Below, one piece after another: positions 9,055 to 19,892 of a stretch of 64,000 nucleotides of DNA. The stretch is from a virus. A model generated the notes under the pieces. It was not told the origin of the DNA. It did not search any database and saw only the letters and a list, made by a program, of their open reading frames with translations. The DNA lies in IMG/VR virus record IMGVR_UViG_3300046512_000168, positions 1 through 64,000 of that record; one strand, written 5' to 3'. Positions within the stretch are counted from its first letter, which is position 1. Each line of letters begins with the position of its first letter. A program made the translations under genes and the position numbers.

Positions 9055-9805
9055 TCTGGCGAACGTCCAGCCCGCACCGTCACTGCAACCCGTTGCAACG
9101 CCACGCCACTTCCCAGCCGACCCGAACCGTTTTGTCTTCGACGCGTCTGTCGCGGCGATCTTCGACAACATGGCGCTGCGCTCTATCCCCGGCTACGGTG
9201 GATACTTCGAGCGCGTCAGTGAGATCGTTTCGCGCAAGCGCCTGCCGAAATACAGCCAGGTCTGGGATATGGGCGTGTCGACGGGTGCCGGCCTCGACGC
9301 CGTCAAGCGCGCCACCTTCCATCCGTTCGTCGAGTATTTCGGTATCGACATCTCCGAGCCGATGCTCGCCAAGGCCTCCGAGCGTTGCCCCTACGCCACG
9401 ATGCAGGTGCACGATCTGGAGAAGGGGCTGCCCGACGTCGAGATCGGGAATGTGTCCGTGTTCCTCTGGAGCTGGACGCTGCAGTTCCTGCCGTCCAAGG
9501 AGCTGCGCCGCGAGCTGCTGCTCAAGTCGGCCGAGGCCCTGCATCCGGAAGGCTGCATCTTCATCGGCGAGAAGTTCGTCAACTCAGACCCTGTCCTGCA
9601 GGAGGTGCTGGAAGACGGCTACTACAAGTTCCGTCTGGAAAACGGCTACACGATCGCCGAGATCAAGGCCAAGTCGAAGGCGCTCGAAGGCTCCATGTGG
9701 CCTTGGACGCACGAGGAGTTGCTGGAAACCGCCGAGACTGCCGGCCTGCGTGCTCGCCCGCTCTACCGTCATTTCAACTTTGGGGGCTACGTCCTTAGCC
9801 GCTGA
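9047..9805 (+). CDS. cmoA: CmoA-like carboxy-SAM synthase / SAM-dependent methyltransferase
   Basis: FDASVAAIFDNMALRSIPGY, DMGVSTG, WTLQFL, GEKF, ENGY..EI..K..LE, FNF are collinear with CmoA motifs. Confidence 0.8.
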   Translation: MSDLANVQPAPSLQPVATPRHFPADPNRFVFDASVAAIFDNMALRSIPGYGGYFERVSEIVSRKRLPKYSQVWDMGVSTGAGLDAVKRATFHPFVEYFGIDISEPMLAKASERCPYATMQVHDLEKGLPDVEIGNVSVFLWSWTLQFLPSKELRRELLLKSAEALHPEGCIFIGEKFVNSDPVLQEVLEDGYYKFRLENGYTIAEIKAKSKALEGSMWPWTHEELLETAETAGLRARPLYRHFNFGGYVLSR

Positions 9806-9840
9806 CATGCCGGCAACGGAGCAGCGGAAAGGCGGCACCG

Positions 9841-10728
9841 ATGACCAACAATAACGACGAGTTTCCCCGCATTCGACGCCGGACGCGCCTCCCGATCAGA
9901 GGGATGCCGCCTGGTAGTGCGTCTGTCGTCCAGCTCCCCGAGCCCATGCGCCCGCCGCCGCACGACGAGATCGACCGCGAGATCGACGACGCGCTGCGCT
10001 CCGGCCGACGCATCGATATGTCACGCGCCTTCCCAGAGCCGCCGCCGGCTGCGCCAGGTGAGAACCTGCGTGCCCATCAGCCCGTGCCAGGCGTAGACGC
10101 GCCGGACATCGACCTAGACCAAATCCCGACTATCACCGACCAGAACATGACGCCGGCCGCGCGCCTGCGCCACGTCGCGACGATATCGCCGACCTACCTC
10201 GACGAATACAAATCGCGCCTTGTCCATCGCCTGCTGATGCGCCGCTTGCCGCTCGATACGATCGCGGCCCAGCTCGGCTGCTCGGTGCGCATGGTGCAGG
10301 TGATCAAGACCAAGCTGAACAAGCGAGCCCAGCGTCAGGCCAAGATGCTGAACGTCTATGACGTCGCGGCCGAAAGCCTGCGCTTCTACAACGAAGTGCG
10401 CGGTCTCGCTCTGCGCCAGGCAGACAGCACGTCCAACAATATCAAGGACCGCCAGGTCGCGCTGCGCATCGCGCTCGAAGCCGAAAACGACAAGGTCCGC
10501 TTCCTGTCCGCATCCGGCTATTTCGAGCATATGCCGTTCGTCCCGGATCAGTCGAAGACAGCCGACCCCGAGCAGGAGAAGGTCGACACGACCCTGTCCA
10601 TGATGGCGGCCATCGTATCCGGCGAGACATCTGTCGAGGACATCGACGCATTCTTCGAGAGCGACGAGCTTGGCGCCGAAGAAGGCACCGATTACGACGG
10701 CCTCGACCCGAGCACGGACCTGCTCTAA
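9841..10728 (+). CDS. Probable terminase small subunit / HTH protein
   Basis: HTH-like LDTIAAQLGCSVRMVQ; abuts the large terminase gene. Confidence 0.5.
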   Translation: MTNNNDEFPRIRRRTRLPIRGMPPGSASVVQLPEPMRPPPHDEIDREIDDALRSGRRIDMSRAFPEPPPAAPGENLRAHQPVPGVDAPDIDLDQIPTITDQNMTPAARLRHVATISPTYLDEYKSRLVHRLLMRRLPLDTIAAQLGCSVRMVQVIKTKLNKRAQRQAKMLNVYDVAAESLRFYNEVRGLALRQADSTSNNIKDRQVALRIALEAENDKVRFLSASGYFEHMPFVPDQSKTADPEQEKVDTTLSMMAAIVSGETSVEDIDAFFESDELGAEEGTDYDGLDPSTDLL

Positions 10729-12732
10729 ATGGCCAATCTCGCGAGCAACGACAAGCTGATGGAATGGGTGCGCAAGTCCGAGCGGATGTGCGCGGTCGCC
10801 GAGGCCTATGGCGAGAAGCGCAGCGCCCGGATCATCAACCATGCGCTGGTCCAGTTTGCCGACAAGGACAACAAGGGCTTTCTGCACGCCCTATCACGCA
10901 TGAAGCGCACCCCGTGGACGATCGACGAGTTTCTGCACTCGAAGGAGTTCATGGCGTCCGATACCGAAAACTCGCTGATGGACATCTGGCCGGCGCTGAA
11001 GGATGACATTCGTCTCCTCAATCCAGATGTCATGGCCGGCGAGAAGCCCGTCGGCGAAGCCTTGCTCGGCGGTGCGACCGGTACGGGCAAATCCGTCACG
11101 GCCATCGTCACGACGCTAAACCAGGCGCTGCTGATGAGCTGCTTCAAGGAGCCGCAGCGCCTCTTCAAGCTGTCGATCACCACGCAGGCCATGTTCTTGC
11201 TGATGTCCGTCTCGCTGACGGTCACCAAGCGCGCGATCTACACGCCGCTCCGGCAGATTTTCGTGAACATGCCGTACGTGAAAAAGCACGTGCCGTATGA
11301 CCGCTACAAGGAGAGTGAAATCTCCATGGAGGGCAACGTCATCATTGCCCCTGTCCTCGCCAGCCTGCAGGCCATGGTCGGTCAGGCCGTCGCCGGCGGC
11401 GCGATCGACGAAATCAACTTCTTCTCGATCGTCGAGAACTCGAAGATGACCATGGGGCCGTCTGGCCAGGGCGGACGCTGGGACCAGGCAGAAGAAGTCG
11501 AAACCACGCTCGCCCGTCGTAAGAAGAGCCGTTTCCCTACGACCATGGGCATGTCGTTCGGCGTCCTCGTCGTCTCGTCGTCGACCCGCTACGAAGGTGA
11601 TTACCTCGACCGCCGCATCGATCAGGTACGCGAGTTCGAGGAAGAAGGCGTCATCTCGTTGCGCCACAAGCAGTATGAGGTTCAGCCGCAGGACAAGTAC
11701 CGGCAGCATCCGCCGATGCGCGTCCTGGTCGGCTCCGATACCTACTCCACCCGCATCCTCAAGGGCATGAACGAAGGCGACGAAGGTTACGAGCGCCCCG
11801 GCCTCGACTATCCTGAGAACGCCCAGGTCGAGATCGTTCCTGGCCTCTACAAGCCAGACTTCCAGAAGGACCCTGAGAACGCACTGCGCGACGTCATCGG
11901 CATTGCCACCAAGGCGATCAAACCGTTCATCTCGCAGCGCCACAAGGTCATCGACGCTGTGCTGGCGGCCAAGGAAGCCGGGATGCAGCCGCTTGTCCTC
12001 AAGCAGAACGTCGACCTTGCCGACGACGGAATGCCGCAGATCGACGAGGATGCTCTGCCGGATGATCTGGACACACCGCGCGCAATCCATGTCGATTTGT
12101 CGAAGACCAAGGACCGTTGCGGCATTGCCATGGTCAAGATCGTCGATTGGAAGGACGTGCTCACGGTCGACGACCGAGGCAATGAGATGGTCACCACCCT
12201 GCCCGTCTACGCGGTGGAAATGGCGATCTCGATCCAGCCCCATGTCATGAAGCCGCTCGACATCGCCGACGTGCGCACATGGATCACTCAGCTTTCGCGC
12301 TTCTGGGGCTTCAACATCGACAGCGTCACCTACGACGGCTTCCAGTCGGCCGAAAGTATCTCGATCTTGCGCAAGCAGGGTGTGCGCGCCGAGCTGATCT
12401 CTATGGACGAGACGCCGGAGCCCTACGAGTACCTGCGCCGCACGCTCTACGAAGACCGCATGCTGATGATCGACAACGACATCCTGCGCACCGAGCTGAT
12501 CTCGCTTGAATGGACCAAGGAGATGCAGAAGATCGACCACCCGCCGAAAGGCTCGAAGGATATCTCTGACGCTGTTGCCGGCGCCGTTTACGCACTGTCG
12601 AGGAAGCGCCGCACCCGCGCCCAGGTGCAGGTCAGCCAAGGCGAGCATCGTGAACGCGTCCGCGTCCGGCGTTCGCTTGAAGAACGGCCAGAAGGCCGAC
12701 AGAGGCCAGCAGGAAAGGTGGCACGCCGATGA
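10729..12732 (+). CDS. terL: Terminase large subunit
   Basis: Walker A GGATGTGKS, Walker B AIDE, SS coupling motif, RNase H-like HVDLSKTKD, YDGFQS, DHPPKGSKDISDAVAG. Confidence 0.92.
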   Translation: MANLASNDKLMEWVRKSERMCAVAEAYGEKRSARIINHALVQFADKDNKGFLHALSRMKRTPWTIDEFLHSKEFMASDTENSLMDIWPALKDDIRLLNPDVMAGEKPVGEALLGGATGTGKSVTAIVTTLNQALLMSCFKEPQRLFKLSITTQAMFLLMSVSLTVTKRAIYTPLRQIFVNMPYVKKHVPYDRYKESEISMEGNVIIAPVLASLQAMVGQAVAGGAIDEINFFSIVENSKMTMGPSGQGGRWDQAEEVETTLARRKKSRFPTTMGMSFGVLVVSSSTRYEGDYLDRRIDQVREFEEEGVISLRHKQYEVQPQDKYRQHPPMRVLVGSDTYSTRILKGMNEGDEGYERPGLDYPENAQVEIVPGLYKPDFQKDPENALRDVIGIATKAIKPFISQRHKVIDAVLAAKEAGMQPLVLKQNVDLADDGMPQIDEDALPDDLDTPRAIHVDLSKTKDRCGIAMVKIVDWKDVLTVDDRGNEMVTTLPVYAVEMAISIQPHVMKPLDIADVRTWITQLSRFWGFNIDSVTYDGFQSAESISILRKQGVRAELISMDETPEPYEYLRRTLYEDRMLMIDNDILRTELISLEWTKEMQKIDHPPKGSKDISDAVAGAVYALSRKRRTRAQVQVSQGEHRERVRVRRSLEERPEGRQRPAGKVARR

Positions 12733-13277
12733 CACGCGCAATTCAGATCGACGACGAGGAAGTGGCCCCGAGCGTCAGCGTCCGGCAAGAGCTGATGTCA
12801 ATGGAGAAGCACGAGCTTGTATCCCTGCTCGAAGAGGCGACAGGCGCAGAGATTGGCGCGCGCCGCATACAGGGCCGTCTTTTGCAACGGGTTGCAGCCG
12901 CAGAAGAGATCGGAAAGCATATCGAGCGTCGTGCCAAGTTGATGATCGAGACAGTCGAGCTGGAGGCATGGGACGCGGCCACGGGCGGCAGTACCACGGC
13001 GCTCAACCTCGTCACGCTGATGTTGCGCAATGCCGTGGCCGACCTTGTCGCGCGATCAGGCAAGGAACGCCTCTACATGGCGCGCTTCCAGAGCGAGATC
13101 ATGAGCCGCGCCTTCCAGGAAATGGAGACGGACCCGAACGACGCCCAGCGCGGCGGATGCGAGGACGAGACTGCCTTGCAGTTCTACATCATCTGCCAGC
13201 TCGGCAATGTCACGCCGAAAGGCTGGTTTGCGACGGCGTGGTTCGATCTGGGGAAAGAATTGTACAAGCCGGGCTAG
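12729..13277 (+). CDS. Hypothetical protein, begins MTRAIQI
   Basis: ATGA overlap with terL. Confidence 0.7.
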   Translation: MTRAIQIDDEEVAPSVSVRQELMSMEKHELVSLLEEATGAEIGARRIQGRLLQRVAAAEEIGKHIERRAKLMIETVELEAWDAATGGSTTALNLVTLMLRNAVADLVARSGKERLYMARFQSEIMSRAFQEMETDPNDAQRGGCEDETALQFYIICQLGNVTPKGWFATAWFDLGKELYKPG

Positions 13278-13309
13278 ACTTAATCCTACATCTGTGAGAC
13301 GATCAATTT

Positions 13310-13416
13310 CGTCGCCCATCCAGGTGATGTTCCCCTCGTCGACGTCGGTCCTCCCCCTCCTCTCCGACAGTCGGCTCATTGGCCCGCTAGCGATCCTCCC
13401 CGCTAGCGGGTTTTTT
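13310..13416 (+). ncRNA. Candidate small RNA with CCUCC-rich (anti-SD) hairpin loops
   Basis: Promoter-like TAGACT-N17-GACGAT at 13275-13303, no ORF, two hairpins with CCTCCC loops, ends in a T-tract terminator. Confidence 0.5.
13383..13416 (+). terminator. Intrinsic terminator
   Basis: cccgctagcg / cgctagcggg 10-bp stem followed by tttttt. Confidence 0.85.
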
Positions 13417-14015
13417 CTTGTTTTTATTTGACAAACACTTAAACATGTGGGATATTTAATTATCAACAGGAGACAAGGACATGGAAAAGCAGATCGTCAA
13501 GTACCAGTTGGGCGCCTTCAATGGCCTTACTGCAGACATCATGCTTGCCGCCGACACCGGCAACGAGCTGGGCGTGGCGGTCAAGAGTGGCAGATGCTGG
13601 GACGCATATGTCGCCGGCGATCTGGTCAGCGAAGGTCACAAGCACGCCTATCTCGCGCACTTCGCGATCAAGCGTCACTACGCATCCATGGCCGACGTCC
13701 GGCTGACAGAGAAGTAATTGCAACGGGTTGCAAAAGGGTTGGGCAAATGACTGAGAAAATGAACTGGCATAAGTGGAAGGCAGCGGCGCTGAAATATGCG
13801 CGGGAGACCTACGCTCTGGATGAAAACGCGATCGATGACGACTGGCACATGCCCAGCTACCACTTCGGTCTGGCGCCCGCAGAAAGCGTTGACGCCTTCG
13901 CGGAGAAATACGATCTGACGAAGCGCGAGAACTTCACGCTCGCGGACGCAACGCGGGTGCTGGCAGACCGCAACTACGGCCTCGAAAACATGTTGGTCGG
14001 GCAGGAGTACGCAGA

Positions 14016-14504
14016 ATGAGCGATCTGCGCTTCAACCCCATCTCCCCGCTCTTGAATTGCGCCGTCGCGCTCATGTGCGCTCGCGTATGGCCGCAGGGTT
14101 TCGACGTGTCGGCCGATTGCGCCCCGGACAGCTATAAGCGGCTGAAAGCCGAGCACGACGCACGCGGCAAGATCACCGTCTTCAGCGGCGGCAGTGACCG
14201 GACCATCTTCGACGATGCAGGCACCAACCATAAATTCCGCGCCTGGCATGACTGGGCCCATTTGCAACTGGGTGCAACTTTCTCCCTCTCTGGCGAGACG
14301 GCAGCATGCGAGCTGCAGTGCACACAGATCGAAAAGGCTTACGGGCAAGGGGAGACCGGACAAGAGTTGGCGGCACTTATCCGTGCCGAAGTGATCGGGC
14401 AGGCGACCTATTGGCACCGCCACCGGAAATTCGTTGTTGACCAGGTCGCGTTCGTGAAAGCCTACCTGGCAGATCGCGAAACAACATTGGCGAGGGAATG
14501 GTAA
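14016..14504 (+). CDS. Conserved phage hypothetical protein (FRAWHDxxH motif)
   Basis: NHKFRAWHDWAH motif; coupled to neighbours. Confidence 0.6.
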   Translation: MSDLRFNPISPLLNCAVALMCARVWPQGFDVSADCAPDSYKRLKAEHDARGKITVFSGGSDRTIFDDAGTNHKFRAWHDWAHLQLGATFSLSGETAACELQCTQIEKAYGQGETGQELAALIRAEVIGQATYWHRHRKFVVDQVAFVKAYLADRETTLAREW

Positions 14505-15493
14505 TGCGCCCTACTGACGACGATTTCACCAAGACCTTTCTCGTGCATGCGCCGGCACTAAAGCGCGCGGCTGTGGATGGCGACGAAGGCGCACGCCTCG
14601 TTATGAATTTTGCGATACTGTGCGTCGTGCAGCCGGACGAGGAAGAGGACAAACTGTGTCTCGAAGCGCTGGACTGCTGGCTGAAACGAAGGGAGTTGGT
14701 CGCATGCTGACCGTTGCGCAACTGATCGAGAAGCTTGGTACCCTGCCGCAGGACCAGGAAGTCATCGTCTGGACGCCTGGCACCAAGATGGAGCTGTCCG
14801 AGGTGTTCGAGGTGTTCGACTATCCGCGCGAGAAATTCGTCGTGATGATCGAGGGCAACGTGATCGGCGACACGCTGTCGAAGGAGAGCTGACATGGGCA
14901 CGACTTACACGGTCATGAAGAAGGGCAAGCTCACGGTAGAGCTGGACGAGATGAGCAATCTGTTCGCGCTTCACGTAACCGGTACGTCTGGCGTCAGCAA
15001 TGAGCAGGTGATGGTCGACATGGAGCCGACCGAAAACTGGGCTCGCACGTCGACGAGCCTTGCGCCCGACGACGTCATTAAGATGGCGCTCGAAATGCTG
15101 AAGGTCGCCAGCTACTGGTGCGATAGCGACGACTTCGACAAAGCGGTGCGCGACTGGCGCGGCAGTGAGGTGTCCTACGAGGCGACAATGCTACGCTCGA
15201 TCGGCAAGGTAGGCGCAGAATGACCGAGGAGATAAAGCATGCGCGCTCGTGGTGGTGCCCGATGCGCCTGCGCTACGTCAACCAGGCCTATGTCGTGCGC
15301 GACGGCAAGGTCGTGATCCTGGAAACCGACGAATGATCCAGAAGATCGTAGAGACCGAAGATCGCGCCCCCGACGAGCCGTACGATCGGCCGGTAAACGA
15401 CAACGCGCCCCGGAACAAGGAACACGACTTCATGGACACATTCGACACGTACCGTGATCGTTGGTTCTTCGTCCTGACAGGAGAGAAAAGCGC

Positions 15494-16156
15494 ATGAACA
15501 TGTCCCGCAGACAATTCCTCGGGGCCGCCGTTGCAACCAGTTGCAGCGCCCTCTTACCAGAGATCGCCCTCCCCGCACCTGCGGTCCAGCATGAGATGAT
15601 CGCGCCGGCCACGACGATATGGGTAGGCGGCCATAATGGCGAATTCGACTGGCAGCCGTTCAATGCACCGACCTGGCGCGACGCGGTCAAGCAGATGCTC
15701 GAATACCACGGCCACGGCAACGACGAAGAGATCGCGGCCACGATGACCATGACGGACGAGGAATTGCGCGCCGAGCTGAAGCACATGGGGATGGACACCG
15801 AGCGCGTGACCAAGATGGACGGACTGCAGCCGAACGAAGTCAAAGCGCACCACTGGATAAGAGCTGGCCTTGGCGCATCGTGCTCGCGCTGTGACAACGA
15901 ATGCTATGCGGATAACGGCGCGCGGGCGATCGGCACAGAAGCAGTGTGCGAAGAGTGCATCACGTTGACAGACCTGCTCAAGACGGGAAACAAGTGGGAC
16001 CTGTCGAACGCAGAAGAGCAGATCGTCGAGATCATGATCGATCAGAACTGCGACGAAGGCGAGGTGCTGGCCGTCTTGGCGCGCGATAACGACATAAGCG
16101 CGATCACACCCGAACTATGGGCGAAGTGCCTGGGCGAAGCGAGGAAGTGGATATGA
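15494..16156 (+). CDS. Hypothetical protein with Tat-like N-terminus and CxxC..CxxC
   Basis: MSRRQFLGAAVA; CSRC and CEEC. Confidence 0.6.
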   Translation: MNMSRRQFLGAAVATSCSALLPEIALPAPAVQHEMIAPATTIWVGGHNGEFDWQPFNAPTWRDAVKQMLEYHGHGNDEEIAATMTMTDEELRAELKHMGMDTERVTKMDGLQPNEVKAHHWIRAGLGASCSRCDNECYADNGARAIGTEAVCEECITLTDLLKTGNKWDLSNAEEQIVEIMIDQNCDEGEVLAVLARDNDISAITPELWAKCLGEARKWI

Positions 16157-17402
16157 GCGAACTGAAAGTCGGCGATCGGTTTCACGGACAATTGCCGTGG
16201 ATCGGATACCGAGAAATCGAAGTCGTGCGCCGAGGCATTCCGAAGGAAGGCGAATACTTCCTCGGACGGGGTACGCATGTGCTGCAGGCAAAGGGCACAC
16301 AATTCGCGCCACATCGAAAAGACCGCTGGATAGTGCAACTGGTTACAGAGGAGAGGACTGATACCTTGAGCGAAATGCTGAGCGCCTTGCGACGAGTTGC
16401 AGAATTGGAAGCGGCACTGCGGGAAGTGCGAGACGCTATTGTGCGCGCCGACCCAGACGTCCTAACAGACACACTCTGGATGCCCGAAGACGTTCTCATG
16501 GGCGCTACCGTCGTCGACCGCATCGACATTGCGCTCGAAGAAAAATTGCACCCAGTTGCACCGAACAGCAGACAATCGGTATCGCCACGCACCACAGGGT
16601 CAGTCGGCAAACCGACGCCACCGAGAAGATAATAGGACGCCCGATGACGGAATACCTATATCGCTATCTGCCTAGCGGTAATGCGCACCAATTCGACGCG
16701 CTCGATGCAGACCTTATAAAGCGCGGTGTCGATGCAGAGGTATCAGACATCAACAAGGGCAGACTTTACCGCGTGCCCGTCGCCGATCTACCAAAGATGC
16801 CCAGAGACGAAAGTGGCCCCTACTTCGGAACTGACGAGGAAGGATGGCCTTTTCATCAGGGAGACTGGGAAGAAGATCGCATCGACTGGGGCGGGACGGC
16901 CTGGAGAAAATTGCAACAAGTTGCACGGGGACAGATATGACAGACTCGTTACAGCCACGCATCCATATGTGGTGGAGCGATCTCCTGAAGCAGTATGCGC
17001 AGGGACGATTGATCGCGGTGGCGCACACACCAGACGAAGCACGCAGGAAGATCAGGGAGCAGTTCCCCGCATGGCTTGCCGAACGCTATAGCTGGCTGAG
17101 CCCATTAGACGAGGACGATATCGAACAGGTCGAAGAGCTGAAGGGCAAGCTAGAAGCCGATCTAGCCAAAGAGCCCGAAGTGCATGGTGTCATCTATGTG
17201 AGCGGGAGCGAGTAATGGCTAAGGGCGATCTAGGACCACCGAGCGGCGAGCCGTGCCGCGTCTGCGGGAAGCACCTGGCAAACCAGATGGAGCCGCGCTT
17301 CAGCTATACCGTCTGCTGGACACATCGCGACGTGCCGCCGGCATCCCTGACATTCGCCAGCGGGCAGTACAGGAAGCTCGGCAAGACGCAATGGGACAGG
17401 AA

Positions 17403-17633
17403 ATGATCACGATCGAGAAAGCGCGCAACTACCTGCTCATCTGCTGCGCACTCATCCTCATGCTGACGTTGGCCTCGCTCTTCACAGGTTCATGGGGCTG
17501 GCTGATCTCACTGCCTGTCTGGACGTGGACGGCTTACACATGGGGCAAGATGTATAAGCGGCTCCGAGACGACGAATTGCAACGCGTTGCAGCCGAGCGC
17601 GAGAAGCGCCGCCGCAAGATTGACCTCGACTGA
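17403..17633 (+). CDS. Small membrane protein ending RRKIDLD
   Basis: Two hydrophobic segments; ATG overlaps the upstream stop. Confidence 0.65.
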   Translation: MITIEKARNYLLICCALILMLTLASLFTGSWGWLISLPVWTWTAYTWGKMYKRLRDDELQRVAAEREKRRRKIDLD

Positions 17634-17692
17634 TTGCGCACGACAAGCCAATGCCCTAAATACGTTGCGGTTATTTCCGCAGCCAAGGGAGC

Positions 17693-18079
17693 ATGGCATT
17701 GGAACGAAGGACAATCGTAGCGCTGACAATGGCCGCCACAATACTGTGTCAGGCAGCGCCGAGTGAGGGAGCGCAGGTCAAAGTGCCGCAGACCATCCCA
17801 GCAAACTATAAAGCGCAGATCAAAGAGCGCCTGAAGACCACGCTCGTCGACCCCTATTCGTTGCGCGATCTGGAGATCACCGACCCGCAGGCCATCCCGC
17901 TGTTCGGCGGCCCGGCTCCCGGCGTCTGCCTGCGCTTCAATCCCAAGAACAACTACGGTGCCTATTCCGGCCTGCAGACCTATATCGTCTACTTCCGCAG
18001 CGGCAAGATGGGCGTCATCGACCACCCCAAGACGACGGTATGCGGCGCATGGAGGCCCGCCCCAGAGCTGGCCGGATAA
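17693..18079 (+). CDS. Exported protein
   Basis: Signal-peptide-like N-terminus; LVDPYS..C..N.KN.YG.Y.G pattern seen in proteobacterial periplasmic proteins. Confidence 0.6.
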   Translation: MALERRTIVALTMAATILCQAAPSEGAQVKVPQTIPANYKAQIKERLKTTLVDPYSLRDLEITDPQAIPLFGGPAPGVCLRFNPKNNYGAYSGLQTYIVYFRSGKMGVIDHPKTTVCGAWRPAPELAG

Positions 18080-19892
18080 AGAAAGCCCGCCAGGCTACCA
18101 CACCTTGCGGGCTCTCCACTGTGAACGCTCATCTGAGCTCCAGAAGCACGAGTAGTATCGGCTCCGGTTTTCGTCACGTCAAGCAGGCAAAAAAAATTGC
18201 AACTTGTTGCACTTCGTTTGTCGATTTAAGTTGACGAACACTTAGACATATGGCATATTTAAAGCATAGAGAAACACAGAGATGGAGACGGAAATGTTCA
18301 AGGTAGTTCAGATGATCAGCGGCCACGAAGTCAAGATGAGCGGCAAGGTCTCGGCTGAGCGCGCTCACCAGATCATGATCAACTACAACCGTGGCCTGAA
18401 CCGCTCCGACCGCGCTGCTCTGGCCTGGGCCAAGAAGCAGGGCTTCAAGATCGTCGCTGCTTAAGGATTGGACATATGTCGCCGACCATCGCATTGCGCG
18501 CCCGCCCGACCAAGATCAGCAAGCCGGCGCCCCGTCTGTCCATCCTGTCGAAGTTGCAACCCGTTGCAATGACCGAAGACGAAGTCGCGCACGACGCCGC
18601 CGTTCCAGCGCTGGATCGAAAACACTTGTAGGAGGAATGCACGATGACGAAGGACGAAATCCTCGCGCAGTATCAGAAGGGGATGAGCTTCAACGAGGCC
18701 TATGCCGCCCTGTCCAAGCTGGGCTATGGTCATTGGCAGATCGGCCGCATGCTAGGAGAGGGATGATGGCAACTCACGTCATAGACGCAAGCGAGCACCG
18801 TGTCGCCCAGAGCTTCGACATCACGCAGAACGCAGACGGGTCATGGCACGTGGTTGACGATGTCGGTCATGTCCAGACGATGAAGGCGATCTTCACCACC
18901 GAAGAACAGGTGGTCCTGGTGCTCGACCTCATCGCACGCAACTGGGACGCCGGCTACGAACAGGGCCGTTTCGAACGCACACGCACAGGAGGGCAAAGAC
19001 CATGAGCAAGTACGCTAAACTCGACGACATCTGCAAGCGCCTCGGCTATCACGGCATCTGCCCTGAAGCCCTGGAGGAGCTGATCAACATCCGACCCATG
19101 GTCGACGACTTCATGGCCGGCATGCGCCAGATGTTCGCGCCCCGCGAAGAAGGCCCTATCGAGTTCGTCGACGAGTACCAGAACGGCAATATCGAGGTGC
19201 TGGAGACGATCGACTCTGCCGACATTCACCCGACCGATGATGGCGTTACCGGCCAACGGCACGCGATCGCCAAGCAGCTCCGTAGCGGCGCGATCGATAG
19301 AGATGCTGCGCTCACGCAATTCCGCGCTACCGGCATGACGCTTCAGAGGGCACAAGAGCGTGTCCTGCGCATCCTGTTGGAGCGCGCCAAGTCCGGCGAG
19401 GTCGTCAACATGCCGGCCGGCACGTCCGTCCTGGGCAACAGGGAAGACTGACATGTACAAGACCGTCATCAAGATCGAGGTGCAGACGGCCGAGAAGCCT
19501 ACCCCCGGCCAGCTCAAGGACATCCGCTGGGCCGTCCAGGCAAAGATCAAAGAGCTGGAACACGACGACGAGCTCGGCGAGCCCTTCGACCCTCTCGTCA
19601 AGGGCGCCTTCGTCATGGGGGAGGACGAGTAGTATGGCGACCTTCAACGCCAAGGACTACACCTGGCCATACAGCCCGAAATACCTCGAAGAGCAGCACG
19701 GCTTCTTTGCCGACTGGATGGTGTTCGGCAGATCGAGCGATGACCCGAGCGTTGGTGACATCGTCGATTGCACGCTGTCGAATAGCGACGTCGCGCTCAA
19801 TGTCCCGCTTGCCAAGGCAGAGCAGATTGTCGAGCTGCGGCGCGAATTCGTGCGTCGTGTCATCGCGATCATGAACGATAGGGAAGGCTGAC

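Noticed and set aside
11116-12741. 541-aa minus-strand ORF and other long antisense ORFs (e.g. 7753-8718, 28633-29601, 48901-49863, 62720-63952)
   Set aside because: They mirror well-supported + strand genes; high GC3 codon bias removes antisense stops; no family motifs or RBS.
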